Assembly: GCA_034780895.1 (NCBI GenBank)
Contig: JAUZTB010000107.1
Location: 71,082,470-71,146,469 of the forward strand
Source of the DNA: Rhynchobatus australiae
Lineage: Eukaryota
Direction of reading: 5' to 3'
DNA: 64,000 bases
Shown here: in pieces, positions 11,553 through 23,920 of the stretch
Numbering within the stretch: the stretch's first letter is position 1
Layout: every line of letters starts with the position of its first letter
Program-made: the position numbers and the translations under genes
The notes under the pieces: generated by a model
The model's input: the letters and a program-made list of their open reading frames with translations, nothing else
Told to the model about the DNA's origin: nothing
The model's database searches: none

Positions 11553-14500
11553 CAGAAGGTATTGTTTTGGGAATTTTGGATAATCTATACTTGCAATAAT
11601 ACAATCGTTTACATTTTCTATTATTGAGAGTTCAGCTAATTTTATTAGGGGAGAAAAGAGTGGCAGTGTAGCAGCTTGATGAAATCTATCGATGTGCCTT
11701 CGAGCTTTTTAAACTGGTTTGTCTTCAATGAAGATGCATTTAATTTCTGCCATCCCCCAACCAACTTTCTCTTCTTCCATTTTCCTGACTCTCAGCTCCA
11801 CAGCAAGGGGTCATTAATAACAAAATAAGCGCTTGACAGCTCCGTGCTAACCAAAATGGTACAAATAAACTCTGACATCCAACAACTCCCACAGTGGTTT
11901 TACTGTGGGTGGAGAATACAGATTAAATATGAATATAGTAAACAGCAGGAGACAAGTTCAGAAGGTCTAAAGTCAACCAGGAGCTCCCCTCAAGCCTTTT
12001 GCGTTATTACTGCATATAAGTTGATGGTTAACTCAGAACAAACATCGTTTAAACCAATTTCAATTATTAAATCCAAGTGCAAGTTACAAAAGAATACCCC
12101 TACTTTAAACTAGATTTATGAAAGACCATTTTTATTATGTCTATTTCAATTGGGAGTTTTTATAGTTTACAACAATCCAATAATTTACTCAATACTGATT
12201 ATAAATAGAAAAACTTCAAAGTACTATTTTATATACTGTAACTTCCCTTTCAGAAACCTTAAAAGTATAGCAGCATTGTGTGTGACATTTTTGCTGCTGT
12301 ATTTTGACCGCAGTTTATTTTTTGAAGTCCATGCAGTTAACAATATTTAAGAAAATAACAGCCCAACAATATGGCTTTTCATATTTTAGCCCACATTCTA
12401 TTCAAACCTTAATATCTCACAGTGACATTGAATTAAGATATGTCGAAATTTCTGAAGGAAAGTTTAGGAGGAATATAAAATCATCTTGTCAAAATTTGGG
12501 ATGCATGCAATGAATAAGTTCCCAATTAGATCTTTATGTAGAAAACACTGCAAACCAAACTTTTAAAATCTATCTAACCAGATATAGTAACATTAGCAGG
12601 AACATATTCAAGTTAAACAAGAACGTAGCACTGTATGTAGGAGTATCTTTGTGAAGGAAATCCCAATCAGTTAATACAATTAAAAACAGTTGCTCACATT
12701 ATGAGGTGTAGTTCTGGTAAAGGAAATACTAAAGATAAAGGCAGCAGTCATCTTCGTTTATATAACTATCAAGCACGAGGCCTTTACAGACCATATGTGC
12801 TCCAAGCACAGTTGCTATCATAGACCAGCCACAGAGTCTTTTGGGAGCTGTTAATGAACTGGGTAATTGAGCTGTCGACATGTGTTACCAAAACAAAACA
12901 AAAGGGAAAAAAGACAAATGAACAATTTATTTGCAGATCAGACCAGTTTAGCTTCTCAGCAAATGGAACAAAGTGATTGACTGAGTACATATAACAGTAC
13001 ATTGAAGTAAAGCAGATGTACTCATGGCAATGATGGGACGACAGCTTCTGGCCCATCTGTGCCTATCGTTCTGCTGCTGATGCTACAGGATCTACTAAAA
13101 ATATTAATTTTACACCTGCCTGTTGTCTTTAAAATTGATAAATCATACGTAGAAGTATTTCATAGATATTGTGGCAGAAAAGCATCAACTATTTATTAAA
13201 GAGTTAACATCTTCACTGCCTGCTGTACATGAAGCTATTAAAAGTAGAACATAATGGAATCATTTCACTTTATTTAATGCTGCGCACTCACTATCTAATT
13301 ATATGTTTAGTTTAGAGTTAAACTCATTTAGATTAATTAAAATGTAAATAAACATCTGGAGCAGAACAACAGGAGCATATTGGCCGAGGATGAACGTTGT
13401 CACTTATTAACCCCTTCATCACTGAAAGAACTGCTATCTGGATTTCTCCAGCGTGATTAGTATAATATAATTTGTAAATAACTGAAGAAATACAAATACC
13501 ACTCTCCAATTATTAGTTATTCAATATTTTGCTTTTAAATAAATCTACTGTAACAGATACAAATACTCATATTATTGTGTTTAAAATTAAATTGCTTCTG
13601 AAGGTTGTTGCAAAATTATGTTGGGCTTCAGAAATTTTAAAATATATTATTTTAGGTTAGTTAATGGCTGCATTGCATTGAAAGAAGTTGATTATTGGCC
13701 TTTTACTCTTACTACGTTACTCCTTTCCATTAAGAACAGATATGCTTTTGAAGTCATTTAGTCTTTGTTGCCAAAATATTACAAGAAGACCATGCAACAA
13801 CGTTTTAAATTATAAAGTTTATTCAACTGTATCTAATGGCTACTTTCTACAATTACTGTTTACTTTTGAAAAAAAATAAGCATTTAGAAAGCATGATTCC
13901 TAATGGATATGATCACAGCAACAATCATAGTCACATGTGGAGATGGGACACATGTTTCACTAGTGTGAAACCAGGAACAAATTTCCAATTGGCACCACCC
14001 CAGGAAAGTTTGTTTATGTCATGCCAGAGAGCAGGACAATTAGAAAAAGCCATGTTGAAAAGCATAAAATGGACATTTTTATGGCCACTAGGGGCCATAT
14101 GAAAGTTGAATTTTAATTACGTAAGACATGCAAAACTGATACTTCTAATGAAACCGTAGAATTCTGTTTCACTATGACGCCAATTCCACCCTTTTTCCCC
14201 TTGTTCTTTGATTTTGTATTCTGATGTGAATTAATGAACCGTGAAAACATTTACTTTTTAAACATAGGAACACTGAATATTTCTCTTGCTGTGGAAACTG
14301 CAAATCTACCATGAAAGTTCTCTATGCTGGCCTGGGGTGCTAACATCAAAACAGCCTCCCCACAGTTTGTACACCATAACTATGGAAATAATTGTGTTGT
14401 TATTCACACTCTTTTTCTCACATAAATCTGGTTATTGAATGTTATAACCATTGATTGTAATTACAAAAATCGCACTGCGTATATTTCAGGGATTACACTT

Positions 14501-15159
14501 TTCACTGCCAGTCAAAAGTAAATGATCAGTTAATTGAAACTCAAACTGGGAAACACTGGTAGAAATTGACCTTATGATAAACTTTGACCTGGCAGTATGC
14601 TACAAGCATGCCTTCAAAAGTTGTGGTGATAGATATCCTGCCATCAATTTACATGAGCAACTTGTTTTTACTTGAGCACAAAATTAAATATTTTACTCTT
14701 GGTTTTGATATTTTAAATGTTATTTCATCTCTTGTAGGGTTTCTGTGAGGTAATATTAAATGCATAGCTCTTAGTGCACATAAGAGTCTGGAGCTAAAAG
14801 CTTTTGATTGGAATATGTTTCGTAATATGTTGTTAGTAGTTTTAATGGACATACAGTGCTTTAAATAAATCTATAGATTTAATGTGAATGAATGCTGATG
14901 TTGTCCTTCCTTTTACCTCCTATTTTTTCTTTTTGCTTTTGTTCACTTGAAAGGAAAATATAAACAGGGGCACAGTGGATCCCTTAATCCAATTTCTTTA
15001 CCTTTGTCTTCAGGATGATTAACTCATCCAAATTCCTATTCTCAGACAGAGATTTTATTTAAGGAGCTTTTCAAAATCCAGTGTGTACTTATTGGCTGAT
15101 ATTATTTGTTGGAGGACCTGCTTCCAAGTTATTTGCAAAGGTGAAGTAACCATGTCACA

Positions 15160-15178
15160 TGACCACAAGAGGGCAATG
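15160..15178 (+). promoter_or_regulatory. CTCF-like motif (TGACCACAAGAGGGCAATG)
   Basis: Matches CCACNAGAGGGCA. Confidence 0.35.
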
Positions 15179-17259
15179 GTCAAGAACCTCTTTTCAGTGA
15201 TTCAGTCAGTGCTTCTTTTCTTATATATTTGAACAGGTCAACAATTGCCAGCTATAAACAAAGAGTTCATTCAGGCATTTGGATTCAGTTTATGTTAAAG
15301 CACTCCTACAACCCTACATAGTTAATCCAATATCCATATTTCAGTAATGGGGGAAAAGGATATGGCACAATTGTTGGGATTCTTTGTACAACACGTTGAT
15401 GTGGGAATTAACATATACCTCAATCACCAAGCAAGGATCTAGGTCTGATCAATACTATTCTGTTGTAATACAGCACTTTCAACTAAATGATCACCCATTA
15501 TCATATAAAACAAAATTATAAAATGGTCATTTGATCAAAAGAAGAAATTTGGTGCTGGAGATATATCTACTTTTCCTGGAAGCTGATACAACATGTCATC
15601 TTCTGAGTTTATACCATGTTGTAAGATTAGATCAAATGCTATAAAATACATACATGAAATGCAGGAGAAAAATTGATACTTTCTATCATAAGCTATGATT
15701 AATCGCAAAGACCTATCAGCTTCTGGTTACTTCCTTGAAATATTCACACACACACACACTCACAATAATGGCATCTGCATTTTAAAGTCACTGATTCTAC
15801 TTCCAAGTAACAGAGAGAAATACCATAAATATTGTTTTATTTAATGTGCTAGTGAAGTCATTATAGTCTTTTACACTACACTTAAAACAAGCCACTTCTC
15901 AGCACTGATAAACTTCATTCCATTCATCCAACCGATCTTAACAAGTGATGAGTTGGTTATGCTGTTAATTTCGTTAAAAAGTTCAAGTGTCAATAATACC
16001 TCTGCAACTGATGCTATAACAAAACAGATCCTACATCGGCATGAAATCCAAACCTAGGCTTTGTTTTCGCAGGTTAAATATGCTAACTCATGGTACGAAC
16101 ATACAACTTATTATTATTAAACTGTTTATATGTATATTTGTTTTAAAGAAAACTTTTTGATGTACTGATAAATTAAGTATTACAAATGTTTACCATGTTC
16201 TTCCTTGAGCATGATCATGAAGTCCAGTTTTTGAACATTTAATGGTTTTAATAAAGCATGGAAGATCCAAGTTACCAAACCAAACTAATATGACTAATAG
16301 GCCACATGGCTACAGCATATGGCTATTCAAAACCAGTTTTGGTGAAGGTACAGCCAAATTAGTGCATAACCATACAGAAATTTGTCTGTATATATATTTC
16401 TATGCAAATAGATGTAATTTTATTGTGTGGTTACCAAGGGAACTGTAATGGCTGGCTGGATCCAAGGCAGTCTTTTATGGAGTATTTTACTCCAAGCAGA
16501 TAATGTTGCTGAGAAGGTGCTAGGAAGCCACTAAACCTGACAGTGGTAGCATAGTTACATTAATAAAACTTAAATTACCAGCTGCACAAAATTAGATTAA
16601 AATGTATAAAACACAGGTTATTTCATTGGATGTAAAACTTACATTCTTTTCAAAGTTGAGCACTTCTTTTGCTGATTTGCTTAAATGTGAAAACTCAATG
16701 AATATGGGGGAAAGTATTTAGATATTGGTACTAAGACATAGAAAGCTAGCTGAATATTATCTTTGTAATTAATTAACAAACTCAGCAATCTGGAATAAAC
16801 ACATTATCATCACAGATGCTGAGTTTACCAAGCTAATTGGATAAAACAGTGGGCTACAGTCTATTGCTTTCCAAGATTAGTGATTGACATGCCTCTGTCT
16901 GGCTTGTCTATTAACTGTGGTCATATTGTTGCTATTTGGAGTTTTGCTTGGCTAATACTTCTAACAAATAGAGTGCTTCTTTAGCCCTCTCTCCTTGACC
17001 TTCTCTTGTCCATTTTCTTTTAGTCAATTCAAACTGCCTTATGAAGGATTTGGTCACAGTAGAGTGAATCCCAATTCAGTGCATATAGTTAACAGAGTGC
17101 AGCCAAATTAGCTCTTAGTCAACTCTTGCAACACCAATTCAGCAACTCCCAACACTTAATGCAATTGAGTACAATCGATTAATTTGGTGCAATAAATTAC
17201 AAAATAATAATAAGCCACATCAGAAGTCTAAACCAAAATGAGTGGAAACATTAAAATAA

Positions 17260-17620
17260 ACTTTAGGTGCAATGGGCTATGAGCAGCCCTGCAAGTACTC
17301 AATGCCATATAATGCAATTAACAAACACAGAATCAGCTGCGCTACATTAACCACAAGCTGAAACAAAACTCCCTGAACTGGATGTACCCCTTATGAAGGG
17401 CTACTGAATGAATATAGTCCATTGGAGCCTCAGGTTCATCCTATTGCCTGCCCTGAATACCTCACTTCAAAGACAAGCCGCATTCATTAATTGGCCTTTG
17501 AATTAATATCAAAGGGTCACAATGCGAGTGCCAAAAGAGAAAGAAGCTTTAATGAAGCATAGAACTGCCATTCATTTGCAGATAAGCATGTTTTTATGCT
17601 TGGATGGTCACCATGCTGAA
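17260..17620. promoter_or_regulatory. Candidate intron-4 enhancer/CNE with TCF, homeodomain, Sox and Sox-POU motifs
   Basis: TTCAAAG 17466; TAATTGG 17488; CCTTTGA-ATTAATA-TCAAAGG 17495-17515; CACAATG 17518; CATTCATTTGCA 17569. Confidence 0.5.
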
Positions 17621-20600
17621 GGCCTCATGAAGGGGGAGGCAGAAAGAGTTGAAGAAGCTTTGCTCTAATGGTAATTTGTACTGTAAACAAACAAGGGAAA
17701 ACCAACAAATATACTACAAAATAGTCGTAGTCAGTTCAAGCCACAATGGCACAACAACTTTCTACTACTATGACGTACGGCAAAACAAAGGAATAGTTTA
17801 AATTAGTTGTTCCTCAATTCAGTATCTTATTTTAATTAATATGTTATTCTAACAAACATGATCATTCCCTCCAACTTTCAAAGTCTTTGTACTCAAATGT
17901 AATCAGAATTCTCAATATAAACCAAATTCACTCAATGTCACTGCTTGTATCAATAAAATAGTAATGTTGCATTTTAAATTACTAGATTCTTCTTGCAACT
18001 TCAAACACATTTGTGTTTAAATTTTGTTTTCCCTATCTCTTTCAGCTTTATGCATAAAAGGTTTTTAGTTTTTTTGTAAATTTATTTTCCTTAATATTAA
18101 ATCATAACTTGTCAAAAGGCAATTCAAAATCAGCTTACAGCATTATTTTTTATGACTGAAATTACTTTTCATTTCTCATGTCTATCACATGTATTTTGAC
18201 TTGGAAACATTAACAGTATGTTACCTCAGTCAAGCACCCAACGGTTTCAATGCAGTCAGCGTTACAGCATCACTAAAATACAGCCTTACATCCTATGATC
18301 TGATAAGTTAAAGCTGGTTCATTGTTTGCACTGATGTGCTTATTGATCCCTTTTTTAAAAAAATCTTGAAAAGTATTGCAAAAAAGTTTCAAGTACCACA
18401 TTTTTATCCACCAACAGCAGACGCTGAGAAAAGCAATTGCTGAAATATTGATGGCAAGTTATTCACTTTATTTACACAAAGTTCTTCTCAGTTTCTTTGA
18501 TAAAAGCAGTTAAATCTTTTTACTCTTTCATGTTTTGTCAGAACTTGATTCCTTTTGTCCTCTGGCTATTTGCCTAGCTGCGAACAATGATGCAGGAAGA
18601 ATAGAAGCAGATTGTTGGAATGGTCTTCAGTGAAACTAATTATGACATGTTGACTGCACTCACCATGACATATTTCAGAGATCCAAGCTTATTCAATTAC
18701 CCTTTCCAGATTTCCCTTTGAGAAATATTTTATCCTTTTCAGTGTTTGTATTTCTGAAGTGCATTTATGTTCAATCTGTAAGCACAATCCCCTGATCTAT
18801 GAGGGATGGTATTGTTACCGTTATTATACCCATTTCCAAATTAAGTAAACACCAATGGGATATTGAAGACATAATTTTGTTTGAAAGGCTTAGTAGCAAA
18901 GAAAAAGATTTTTTTTCTCCTTGTATTTTTATAGCAACTGTGATATTTTGTAGTTCCCTCCTTAAGATGTGGTTCAAAACAAGGGCCGTGAGGCTATGGC
19001 TGATTTTTTTTTTGAGAGTTCTCTTCTTGTTGGAATAAAACACATTTCATTTCATGTTGCTAATCACAACAGGCATTGACAGTTTGGTGAACACTGGACT
19101 TGTAATGCCTGATGATCATGGTGTGGGTTTTGCAGATGCCAACTAACGGCAGCTGCTCAGCGAGAGTATATTAGAATAGAGCCAATGAAAGAAAGTAAAA
19201 ACATCTCAGTTACATACGTCCTGAAAATATGAGTGCTTAATAACTTGGGAAACAAATTGAGACACTCTTATGATTTGTATACACAATCTGGAAGCTGTTT
19301 AAAAATTCTCTATGATTTTATAATTTCAAATGAATAGTTCACTGAATTATTTAATTTTTATATCCCTTCTTTTAAGACCAGTTGTATCATGCAATGCCAC
19401 CCAATTTAAAGGATGGAGCTACTCTGTTCCTAGGTCTCTGCCAGTCCTGAACTAATTAGTAAGAAATGCACAAAACTTGATATGGATTGACTCATCTTCT
19501 GATTATCTCCACTGCACTGTGAGAGACTGTCTCACATCCACTCACCACCCCATGGTCTCCAGCAACTGCACAGCCAGCCCCACCATCTCCACCTACCCCC
19601 AGGGACTAAGTATAATGGAAAGCTTACAGCATGCAAAAAGGCAGGTTTTAGCATTCTTCCTTCCACTTAAAGAGTTGTAGCTTATTCGTGTATGGTATTT
19701 CTAAGTTTGTGCTAGCATTTAGTAAGTCCTGAGGCTTTTCTGCACACATATGTGCAAGGTACCTCATAAAGAAAGCACAATATAGGTAATTTCTGAGCTT
19801 AAGAAATCTGCCACTGAAAACAACTCAACATACCTTTCTGGCTCTCAAACTGGAATACTCCAGAAGACAGGGAATACTTCCCTGGAACAAGAAAACACTC
19901 TATACTAACGTGTGTATTTTTTTTATTGCAACTCTTGGGTCACTGGAATCTGTTTTTATTTTCAACAAGGAAAAACTATTGTGGGGCTTAATGTTATAAG
20001 CAACTTCTAATAAATTAAAGGCGATGGGAATTGGGATCAGCATGAAATGATTCAATAGAAAAGCAGTTTGGTCTTTCAGTCAATTGCAACTCAGTCCTAT
20101 TAATATACTCTTGACCTCAGCTTGAATACTTGGGAGAGATACCTTTCTGAGAATGGGGAGCCACCCTCAAGGACACTGTAACATACATCCTTGAAGTGAT
20201 TAAATAGAGGCACAGGCCTAACAGAAGTATGCCTTCTCAACATCTCATTACATGCATGAGGCATTTGGAGAGGAATTTACAGAGAACATATCAATAAGCT
20301 CACTAATAATGGGGAAAATAAATTAAAAATAAACTGGCTTTAAAAATGTACTTGGCAAATTAAATTGAATTCCTTTATGTTCATGTATCTTAAAACAATA
20401 GCAAATTCCAAGTAAGTTAAGACCTTTGGTAAAGTAACAGGTGAACTTACTGACCGTACACTGATATTCCTGCAATTTAATTTAATCTTAAATGTTCTGG
20501 TGCACCCAATGCATACTACTCATGTATGTCTGTTTAACTCCTCTTCTCAGCATTTCATTGTTAATTCCCTGTGGATTCTGAACTTCAAAATTGCTCGTAA

Positions 20601-21149
20601 AGCCCTGCCCTCAGTGACAAATTGGCCAAAAATGTTTTTCTCTTCTTCCACTGCGAACAGTTAATCCCTTTTACTACTTTGAATTTTGCCTGGGAATAGC
20701 CAGGTTTCCAGCTGAGGCTTAAAATTACTGTCTCCATCAACCAGAAGCACCATCCACTTGGTATTTATTTGAAGCACCTATGGCCCACAACTTTCATTTA
20801 GCTCTTAGTACAATAGCACCTACTATTACATCACTCAAGTACCTCTGTCTTCTACGTTATTTAAATAGGATCTATAAACCATTCTCTAGTGCATCCATCT
20901 CCAAAGTATAGAGTAAGTCGATATGAAGCAGGCTATTATCACACAATTAATTAGAGCATATAAATGACTGAAAATCAAAGACATCTCTTTTTCAAAATTT
21001 AAGATCATGCTCCAAAATGTGGCCATTCTACATAAAATTTAGACTGATTTATCAGTCCAAACACACCATATGAATGGACTAGGCTATGTTTTCTATTTGC
21101 TGCAGTTAAATTCTACCATAGTTTGTTCAGTTATAATTAATCACATAAA

Positions 21150-21268
21150 TTATAGAAATAAAGGCTATGGACCAATTGCTGGTAAATGGGATTATTATAG
21201 ACAGGTCGGCATGGACATGGTGGGCTGAAGAGCCTGTTTTTGTATTGTATGACTCTATGACTCTATGG
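21150..21268 (+). mobile_element. CR1 3' tail
   Basis: ggtcggcatggacatggtgggctgaagagcctg…(tatgactc)2. Confidence 0.75.
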
Positions 21269-22701
21269 ATCCATCTATGGAAAGCATGTTTTAGATTAAC
21301 TGCCACAAACAACATAAAATGGTAGCCAGCAATAACATTGCACCATCCCAATTCATGGCATTGGTTCCTATATTCCTCCTTCTGAAAGAAGTGTACCTGT
21401 TACCAGATGATTCATTTACCAAAATTTATACCATGGCATATACGTAATATTCTCATCATAACTATCTTATTTAGTCACAGCACCCTTGAACATCTGCTAA
21501 TACCTGTTCAACTGTCTTTATAAAATACTTTTTTCACAAGATATTTTTAACTTATGTGTTTAAAATATGTATTTTTTCTGAGATTTTGTAGTATATTTCC
21601 CCAGAACAATCTGATATAAGACACAAGGAAATATTTATAAAGATAGAACAGGATGTATGTAATTCATCATGGATTCCTCCTGAACTAAATCTACATGAAT
21701 GTCAAATCTCAGTTAGCAGCATGTTACAGTGCGCGATGAATCAAAGAACATCCCTTAACCGCAGAGCTCAAGGCCATGCAGTGAATGATGTTTTCTTTGC
21801 AAGAAAGACATCAAATATGAATAGTCAGTAAATGTTCAGCATTTGGATAGTTAAATATATATCTCTGGTTTCCCTCTAACATCATAATCAGTTAAAGCTA
21901 ATGCAGATCTTTTTCTCATACAGTGTTGACCAATGTAGCTTTGAGGATCAACCAAAGGTACTGATGTTTTATAAGATGGATGTTGCAGAAGTCCTTTAGA
22001 TGATACAATGTTAAAACCTACAGTTGTCATGATATTTCAAAAAATAATATCTACAACTTTTGTTTACCTAATTCTATAACATAATGCCATTGACAGCATT
22101 GTGGAGATACAGGCAATTGGAAACGAAACTGGCAATCCAAGACAAAAAGAGAGGTTTGAGGGATTGTGGCAACGGTATTACTTGTCACAAAAGACATCGC
22201 ATAAGTTGTGATCCATGAGAAAGTAACCCAAGTGTACTTTAATTTGAGGCAAAATTAAACCACAATATTGTTTACTCTGTGCTCTAAATTGATTGCCTTT
22301 TGTATGAACTTAATCAGGAGATGGTTGGGTCATCTTGATCTAAATTTACAGAACAATTGGTAGTGACTTAACTAAATAAAGTAAAATATAGTTAAAAAAA
22401 TAACAGTGAGAAGTCCCAAAGAACTCATCTGCTATAGTGTGAAGTTATTCAAACTAGAACACACCAACCTACCTTTAGGTTAAATTGATGATTTATCCTA
22501 AACATACATCTAACTTGTTATTAGTGTACAGTGTACTTAAGAACATTGATCTTTAGTTCCCTATCCCCTCTTACCATATCATTTTACAAGGGGAATGATG
22601 ANNNNNNNNNNNNNNNNNNNNNNNNNNNNNNNNNNNNNNNNNNNNNNNNNNNNNNNNNNNNNNNNNNNNNNNNNNNNNNNNNNNNNNNNNNNNNNNNNNN
22701 N

Positions 22702-22800
22702 CACAATACTCCAAGTGGGGTCTGACCAGGGACCTATACAGCTGCAGCAATACCTCCCGGCTTCTAAATTCAATTCCCTGACTGATGAAGAACATGGTGC
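22702..22800 (-). mobile_element. CR1 ORF2 fragment next to a gap
   Basis: [29 protein letters not shown]. Confidence 0.85.
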
Positions 22801-23621
22801 TTTAAAATGTTTCAATGTACCCTGCAGCATTACTGTGTTAAGTTCTAATTGTATTGCAATGTGTTACTGATATATCTAACATGAAATAAAAGCTGTTCAT
22901 ATTTATATTATAAAAAAGTGTTCACATCATTATTTTACGCGTGACTGGATTTGGGTATATTTCAACTTGTGTTCATATTTGAAATTGGTACTGGATAAAT
23001 GACCTAAGCAAAAACTGATAAAAGCACTGAAGCATTTAAACAGTGTCCAAGGCTCACAACAGCACAAGTTCTGCAGATCTCCTCGAGTGGATGGGGCAGC
23101 AGAATTATTGACAAAGTCTCCCATGGTCTGCTCTGTCATAGAGGTCCCTGGGCATTCAAGAAGCAACCAATGTATGTGATCCATTAACAGGACAATGTGG
23201 AAGAAATTGTATGACACTGGTTTTAACCTTCATCTTAATGTAAGGCCATTGCTATTTACCTGCAGACTGGGTAGCAGCTGAGTTGCCCACCAGAACATAA
23301 GGTGCCCTGCTGGTCCTTGGTATTGGCCTGGACCAAGCATTTACCAGCAGCGTTAGGGATGGCCAACCAGGTCTCTGGGGGCTGTGCATGGGCCTGGGGT
23401 TTGTGGGACTCAACAGGACTCCTCTAGGACCTGATGCCCATCTTCCACTTGGGCAGTCAATGGGTGGGACTTGGCCTGAAGGACTGGTGGAAAGGGGACG
23501 ACTGGCTGAGTCAGTGGCTGTGGGTGGCACTTGCTCTGACTTGAGTGGAAGGAGTGGGGATGGTCTACCTAGGTAGCAGGCCCTTTCACTGCTGCCGATC
23601 CTGAGCCTCTTCCGCCTCAGT

Positions 23622-23920
23622 GGGCAGGACAGTGGCTTAGTCATTTGTGCTGCCTCACAGCTTGAGAGACCAGGGTTCAATCCTGACTCTGGATGGTGTC
23701 CGTGTGAGGTTTGCACATCCTCTCTGTGACCACTGGGCCCCAGCTTCCTCCCTCATGCTGGTTAGTGGCTTAATCGTCTATTATAAATATCCCCCAGTGT
23801 AGGTAGAAAGCAGGAAAACCTGGGGGTAGTTGATGGGAATGCAAGAGGAAAGCAGAGGATTTAGTGTAAATGGGTTCTTGATCATTGATGTGGGAGTGTT
23901 GGGCAGAGAGGCCTGATACC
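23622..23920 (+). mobile_element. V-SINE (HE1-like)
   Basis: gctgcctcacagc…cagggttcaatcctgac…gtgtgaggtttgcacatcctc, then a CR1-like tail. Confidence 0.75.

Noticed and set aside
23252-23716. 154-aa Pro/Ser-rich minus-strand ORF
   Set aside because: Starts inside an antisense SINE and runs through GC-rich sequence; no domain or splice support.
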